Notes under the pieces: generated by a model | What the model was told of the DNA's origin: nothing | The model's database searches: none | Seen by the model: the letters and a program-made list of their open reading frames with translations, nothing else | Source: Candidatus Cloacimonadota bacterium | Lineage (GTDB): Bacteria > Cloacimonadota > Cloacimonadia > Cloacimonadales > WRIO01 | Assembly: GCA_029564175.1 (NCBI GenBank) | Contig: JAKQQL010000269.1 | Location: 1 to 64,000, forward strand | DNA: 64,000 bases | Reading direction: 5' to 3' | Program-made: the position numbers and the translations under genes | Shown here: positions 59,636 to 64,000 of the stretch, piece after piece | Numbering within the stretch: position 1 is the first letter of the stretch | Layout: each line of letters opens with the position of its first letter

Positions 59636-60359
59636 AGTTTGTTTTCTTCTCGAGATAAGCAGATACCAGTGATATAGGAAATGTTAAGATAAAATATCCA
59701 AAAGCAAGTGGGATATATGACTCTAACGTACTGTATGTGTATGAATTAACTTCTTGTGCGTTTAAAGTAAATTCGGAGATGGCAATGATGGATAACAATG
59801 AAGAATCCTTAATCAATGAAACAAATTGACCAGCTAAAGCAGGTAATACTCTTTTTATCACTTGCGGTATAACAATAAATCGGTAAGTCTGGTAATGAGA
59901 AAGTCCAATTGCTTTTGCAGATTCAAGCTGAGATTCACTGATACTATCCAGTCCTCCCCTGATTATCTCGCTGACATAAGCCCCAGAAAAAACAGATAAA
60001 GTTAATATTCCAACAATGTAGCGGTTATTAAGAGAAAAAGCAGCTGCAATCAAATAAAAAAAAATAAGTATCTGTACCAGCAGAGGTGTGCTTCGAATAA
60101 TCTCAACATATACACGAGATAGCATTTTAAGAATAATATTGCGACTTTTTCTCATAAAAGCGACACTGAATCCTATCATTAAGCTCATCATCAGAGCTGT
60201 AAATGAGATAGCAATTGTATGAAGCCATCCATAAAAAAATTTTAAACGATAACGATATACCGAATCCCATTTAAGTTGATAATCCAGTTTATTGAGCGAA
60301 AATACGATTAAAATGCTAATAAAGAGTAAAATAAACAAAACGCAGATAAAGTACTTCAA
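59625..60359 (-). CDS. Polar amino acid ABC transporter permease (start uncertain; ORF track extends to 60506)
   Basis: YVEIIRSTPLLVQ, QLESAKAIGL, LIKDSSL. Confidence 0.88.
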   Translation of the reverse strand: MKYFICVLFILLFISILIVFSLNKLDYQLKWDSVYRYRLKFFYGWLHTIAISFTALMMSLMIGFSVAFMRKSRNIILKMLSRVYVEIIRSTPLLVQILIFFYLIAAAFSLNNRYIVGILTLSVFSGAYVSEIIRGGLDSISESQLESAKAIGLSHYQTYRFIVIPQVIKRVLPALAGQFVSLIKDSSLLSIIAISEFTLNAQEVNSYTYSTLESYIPLAFGYFILTFPISLVSAYLEKKTNYAS

Positions 60360-60405
60360 ACCGAGATAATTATCATTTTTCTGTTGAATGAAAAAAGAAC
60401 TGATT

Positions 60406-61188
60406 TTAAAAATAGAAGGGATACCCCATCTCCTTAAAAACACGTTTTTGCTCTGACAGATAGTTATCTCCCAATCTATCAAACAATCCTTCATTTTTAA
60501 GTTCAAAAAGTGCTTTATTAACTGCTTCTCTTAATTGATTATCTTCTTGCCTGATACCAATTGCCCAGCTCTCTTCAGTAAATGGTTTTAAGACTGCATT
60601 GGTTTTGCTTAAGTTTTCCTGCCAGTTCTTATATGTGGACATCTGATCATAAATAAAGGCATCAGCATTTTGCTGAATGACTTCCATAACAGCAGATGAT
60701 TCTTTGTCAACCACTAAAAGTCTGGCTTTTTTGAGGTTTTCTTTTGCATAAATATGACCGGTGGTCCCTTTTTTTACAACAACAATTTTGCCTTCCTGAT
60801 TAAGATTTTCAATACTGTTGATATTAGAATCTTTCCCAGTCAATATACATAAACCTGTTTTTAAATAGGAATCAGAAAAAGAGATTGTTTTTGCTCTTTC
60901 TTCAGTAGCAGTCATTGAAGATAAAATTATATCAATTTTTTTACTTTTTAAGGCTGGAATTAAACCATCAAAGCTCATGTTGACCAATTGGACTTCTTTA
61001 TCCAGTTTCTTTCCAATTTCTTTCGCTAAATCTACGCTGATTCCAATAGGATTTCCTGATTCATCTGTCATTTCAAAAGGGGGATAAGACATTTCCATTC
61101 CTACAATCAGCACATTATGATTATCCTTTTTGCTACAACCTGATAATATGACGAGTATTATTAAAAAATAGTAAATCAAACGTCCCAT
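60406..61188 (-). CDS. Polar amino acid ABC substrate-binding lipoprotein
   Basis: Lipobox LSGC; YPPFE, FDGLIPAL; start 61188 by GGAG SD. Confidence 0.92.
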   Translation of the reverse strand: MGRLIYYFLIILVILSGCSKKDNHNVLIVGMEMSYPPFEMTDESGNPIGISVDLAKEIGKKLDKEVQLVNMSFDGLIPALKSKKIDIILSSMTATEERAKTISFSDSYLKTGLCILTGKDSNINSIENLNQEGKIVVVKKGTTGHIYAKENLKKARLLVVDKESSAVMEVIQQNADAFIYDQMSTYKNWQENLSKTNAVLKPFTEESWAIGIRQEDNQLREAVNKALFELKNEGLFDRLGDNYLSEQKRVFKEMGYPFYF

Positions 61189-61201
61189 TTTTAGCTCCAT
61201 G

Positions 61202-61233
61202 AAAAAAGAAAAGGTCACATTTTACTGTGACCT
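61202..61233 (-). terminator. Intrinsic terminator
   Basis: AAGGTCACA/TGTGACCTT stem plus U-tract. Confidence 0.7.
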
Positions 61234-61240
61234 TAAAAAA

Positions 61241-61621
61241 TTATTCGTTATCTTCAGAAGAAATGTCAGTTTCAGATTCTTCTACTTCATCATCGTCATC
61301 ATTATCCTTGATATAAGTATTAATTTCAGCCTGAAGTTTTGCAAGTGCAGGATAGAAATCTTCAATGTATTCTTTAATATGTGTTTCCAGGTCATAATTT
61401 TTATCATAAGCTTCCTGGCTTAAACCAATGCTTATCTTCATTGAGTTTAGTTTCATTGTAATGGAAACTTTTGGAGATTCTTCAATAATATTCTCCAAAT
61501 AATCTGGTAATGATTTGCTCAGTTTAACGATAGAATTGACTCTTTTATATCCTTGAAAACCAACATAAGATACACCTGCTAAAGCTGTAACCGTTAATAG
61601 TTTTTTCCAAAATCCTTTCAT
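61241..61621 (-). CDS. Hypothetical membrane-anchored protein with acidic tail
   Basis: AGGAGG SD, N-terminal hydrophobic segment, terminator downstream. Confidence 0.75.
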   Translation of the reverse strand: MKGFWKKLLTVTALAGVSYVGFQGYKRVNSIVKLSKSLPDYLENIIEESPKVSITMKLNSMKISIGLSQEAYDKNYDLETHIKEYIEDFYPALAKLQAEINTYIKDNDDDDEVEESETDISSEDNE

Positions 61622-61636
61622 TTTTCCTCCTAAATT

Positions 61637-62338
61637 TTATCTGTAGAGTGATTTAATTCTTCCCCATGAACTGGCTTGAGAACCTGTAGTATGATAAACA
61701 AAATCGTCATCGTCTCTGGGATTTAATGAGAAACGGTTGTTTGAAAAAGACACAATTCCGGTAATACTCATTAAATTTTTATTTAGAGATTTTCTTGAAT
61801 TTTCTTTCAAATAATTAAAACCATTACCGATGTATGATACACAGGAGTTATTACTGATACTGTATGGAAATTCAATTTTATGAGACTTCGTCATAGATAT
61901 ATTGTTCACTTTTACTAATACTGATTCATAGCATTCATTATTGTTTAATTCTTGTAATGTGACAGAATATGGGTGTGGTAAGGAATGATGCTCTCTTAGT
62001 ATCTGAATTCTGTTTAACCGGATACAGGTCATTCCATGAAATTCAGAAACGCGTCCCTCAATCTCAACATATTGTCCAGGTTCAACAGAGGTATTTGATG
62101 AAATCACACTGATAGCACTCCATGGCCCCCCTTGCGTTTCAGAAATAACAAACTGATTATTTAAAAAATCTGTTGCAATCACAACACCTTCTACATTAAC
62201 CTGCTGATTGAGATAAGAAGAGGGATAAGTACCATCAAACCCTGCATCCTGAGTATATTGTAAATCACGAATTGTAAGACAAAATATTAAACTCGGGATT
62301 AGTAACCCTACTAAAATCATTAGATGTTTCATCATCAT
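61637..62338 (-). CDS. Secreted OB-fold protein with C-terminal SWGRIKSLYR motif
   Basis: Signal peptide; TIRDLQY, GPWSAI, VSEFHGMT, ECYESVLV, LNPRDDDD. Confidence 0.75.
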   Translation of the reverse strand: MMMKHLMILVGLLIPSLIFCLTIRDLQYTQDAGFDGTYPSSYLNQQVNVEGVVIATDFLNNQFVISETQGGPWSAISVISSNTSVEPGQYVEIEGRVSEFHGMTCIRLNRIQILREHHSLPHPYSVTLQELNNNECYESVLVKVNNISMTKSHKIEFPYSISNNSCVSYIGNGFNYLKENSRKSLNKNLMSITGIVSFSNNRFSLNPRDDDDFVYHTTGSQASSWGRIKSLYR

Positions 62339-62443
62339 CCTCCATCAGGTTAATTATTATACAAAAGACTTATCATGTCAAGCTTTTTTTTGTTTTTTTT
62401 TAAAAGTAAATCTGTCGAATCAGAAATTTATTAAAATCAACAT

Positions 62444-62474
62444 AAAAAAAAACAGTCAAACGAATCTGACTGTT
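62444..62474 (-). terminator. Intrinsic terminator after tRNA cluster
   Basis: AACAGTCA/TGACTGTT stem plus U-tract. Confidence 0.7.
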
Positions 62475-62480
62475 CATGAT

Positions 62481-62568
62481 TGGTACCAGAGACCGGACTT
62501 GAACCGGTACGAGAAAAAATCTCGAGGGATTTTAAGTCCCTTGTGTCTACCAATTCCACCACTCCGGC
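62481..62568 (-). tRNA. tRNA-Leu(TAA)
   Basis: Cloverleaf with variable arm, anticodon TAA, CCA. Confidence 0.95.
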
Positions 62569-62610
62569 TAAAAAAATGCTTGTAAAAATAAGTTGAATTG
62601 ATTTTCAAAA

Positions 62611-62685
62611 TGGAGCGGGAAACGGGATTTGAACCCGCGACATCTACCTTGGCAAGGTAGCGCTCTACCACTGAGCTATTCCCGC
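62611..62685 (-). tRNA. tRNA-Gly(GCC)
   Basis: Cloverleaf, anticodon GCC, CCA. Confidence 0.95.
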
Positions 62686-62722
62686 ATGTTTTCACTTCTA
62701 TATAGATGTATTAACTTCAAAT

Positions 62723-62744
62723 AAAAAGCCGAACGGATTCGGCT
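62723..62744 (-). terminator. Intrinsic terminator inside tRNA cluster
   Basis: AGCCGAA/TTCGGCT stem plus U-tract. Confidence 0.65.
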
Positions 62745-62754
62745 CATTATATTT

Positions 62755-62842
62755 TGGTACCAGAGACCGGACTTGAACCGGTACGAGAGAAAATCTCGAG
62801 GGATTTTAAGTCCCTTGTGTCTACCAATTCCACCACTCCGGC
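62755..62842 (-). tRNA. tRNA-Leu(TAA), second copy
   Basis: One-nt difference from first copy, in the variable loop. Confidence 0.95.
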
Positions 62843-62864
62843 AAACAAAGCTTTGTGATAAATT

Positions 62865-62938
62865 TGGAGGCGACACCCGGATTTGAACCGGGGATGAGGA
62901 TTTTGCAGACCCTTGCCTTACCACTTGGCGATGTCGCC
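62865..62938 (-). tRNA. tRNA-Cys(GCA)
   Basis: Cloverleaf, anticodon GCA, CCA. Confidence 0.95.
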
Positions 62939-62946
62939 ATAAAAAA

Positions 62947-63021
62947 TGGAGCGGGAAACGGGATTTGAACCCGCGACATCTACCTTGGCAAGGTAGCGCT
63001 CTACCACTGAGCTATTCCCGC
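62947..63021 (-). tRNA. tRNA-Gly(GCC), second copy
   Basis: Identical to 62611-62685. Confidence 0.95.
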
Positions 63022-63243
63022 ATTCGCTATCACAACTATCATTTCTTATTCTTTAACCTTTTTAATAGACATAGGTTTTTCTGTCAATACTTTTTTTTAG
63101 TTCTATTTTTCTAATCAGCACAACTTACTAATTTTTATACAATTCCAAAAACAACATATGTTGTTTCCATTCACTTTGATATATCTATTTTTAAAACTAA
63201 ATCAGACAAATTTTACTGATTTTTGGTAATTTTGATACGAAAA

Positions 63244-63795
63244 TCAATAAAAATCTTTCTCTCCAAAAACCTCTGCTGAAAAACGATATAATTTACTTTC
63301 CTTATCTTGCCACTGATTTTGATTTAAACCCGCTTTCAAAGCCAAATGGGTTAAAAATGTAAAAGTATCCCATTTGTATTCAGTTGCCACCTGAGGTAAT
63401 AAGACGCCCTTACCGTATGGATGTTCAATTAATAGACCATCTCTTCCTATTACAATCTCATTGATATCCTGAATACAAATCATCTCTGAAAGTACAGAAA
63501 TCTCTATATCTATCTCATTCATTTCATTTTCCTTCACTGGTTTAAATCTTGGATCTCTGAATGCAGCCGCTTTTGCCATATCTATGATGGTTTCTCTTAA
63601 ATTTTTAAAAGGAATAATATATCCAATACAACCTCTCAGCTGTCCATTTTTGTGCAACGTAACAAATGCCCCCCTTTTTTGTTCGTAAACGTCTTCATGA
63701 TAAAGAGTTAAATCAGGATATTGATGATTGAAATGAGATGTAATACTTTGTCTTGCTAAATGAATCAACTGCTTTTTAACGTCATTGTTCAACAT
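63244..63795 (-). CDS. amrA: AmmeMemoRadiSam system protein A (AMMECR1 family)
   Basis: GAFVTL, LRGCIG, DPRF, LLPQVA. Confidence 0.92.
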   Translation of the reverse strand: MLNNDVKKQLIHLARQSITSHFNHQYPDLTLYHEDVYEQKRGAFVTLHKNGQLRGCIGYIIPFKNLRETIIDMAKAAAFRDPRFKPVKENEMNEIDIEISVLSEMICIQDINEIVIGRDGLLIEHPYGKGVLLPQVATEYKWDTFTFLTHLALKAGLNQNQWQDKESKLYRFSAEVFGEKDFY

Positions 63796-63798
63796 AAT

Positions 63799-64000
63799 TT
63801 ACTCCTTTTCAAAAACGATTGAGGCATAGCCTACTACCTGATTAAAATCCAAACTCACCATTCCTGAATGTGTATAGTTTAACAACCTAATCTGTCGATA
63901 CCCTTTTTGCTTTGCCAAATGCATCAATACAAGAATACCTCCAAAACCACAAGCTTCTACTTTCCTCAGTTTTATCATTTCATAAAATGCCTCTGTTTGT
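63799..64000 (-). CDS. amrB: AmmeMemoRadiSam system protein B (MEMO1 family), C-terminal part
   Basis: Translated by hand: ...VEACGFGG...LLNYTHSG...VVGYASIVFEKE*. Confidence 0.85.
   Translation of the reverse strand, partial: QTEAFYEMIKLRKVEACGFGGILVLMHLAKQKGYRQIRLLNYTHSGMVSLDFNQVVGYASIVFEKE

Noticed and set aside
62474..62924. Short ORFs over the Leu/Gly/Cys tRNA cluster
   Set aside because: Shadow translations of tRNA genes
63149..63166. Perfect 18-bp palindrome AAACAACATATGTTGTTT upstream of the tRNA promoter
   Set aside because: Single AT-rich occurrence; cannot distinguish operator, terminator or chance

Overview
The window has two parts. About 1-10.2 kb is the head/packaging end of a Mu-like prophage, truncated at the left edge. 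Capsid and Clp-type prohead protease genes on the - strand diverge from gp37-like, gp36-like, gpG-like, small and large terminase genes and a single portal-MuF-PBECR nuclease fusion gene on the + strand. A short AT-rich accessory tail follows, containing small membrane-peptide genes, a candidate sRNA and nested REP/MITE elements. About 10.5-64 kb is host housekeeping DNA with every gene on the - strand: lon, recF, dnaN, HU, tsaE, porX-like, panB, tgt, rseP, pfk, recO, pyrG, murI, ABC transporters, 9 tRNAs and T9SS-type secreted proteins. This gene set suggests an FCB-group bacterium such as Cloacimonadota (inference only). The most notable signals are: a promoter- and terminator-bounded ~105-nt structured RNA abutting the stop codon of the PBECR-nuclease fusion; two paralogous 36-aa membrane peptides missing from the ORF track that face an antisense promoter; REP palindromes inserted in frame in the portal-MuF gene; a MITE nested in a REP nested in a long hairpin; and a DnaA-box cluster at ~10.4-10.6 kb. 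All protein calls come from motif recognition by eye; no database searches were run.
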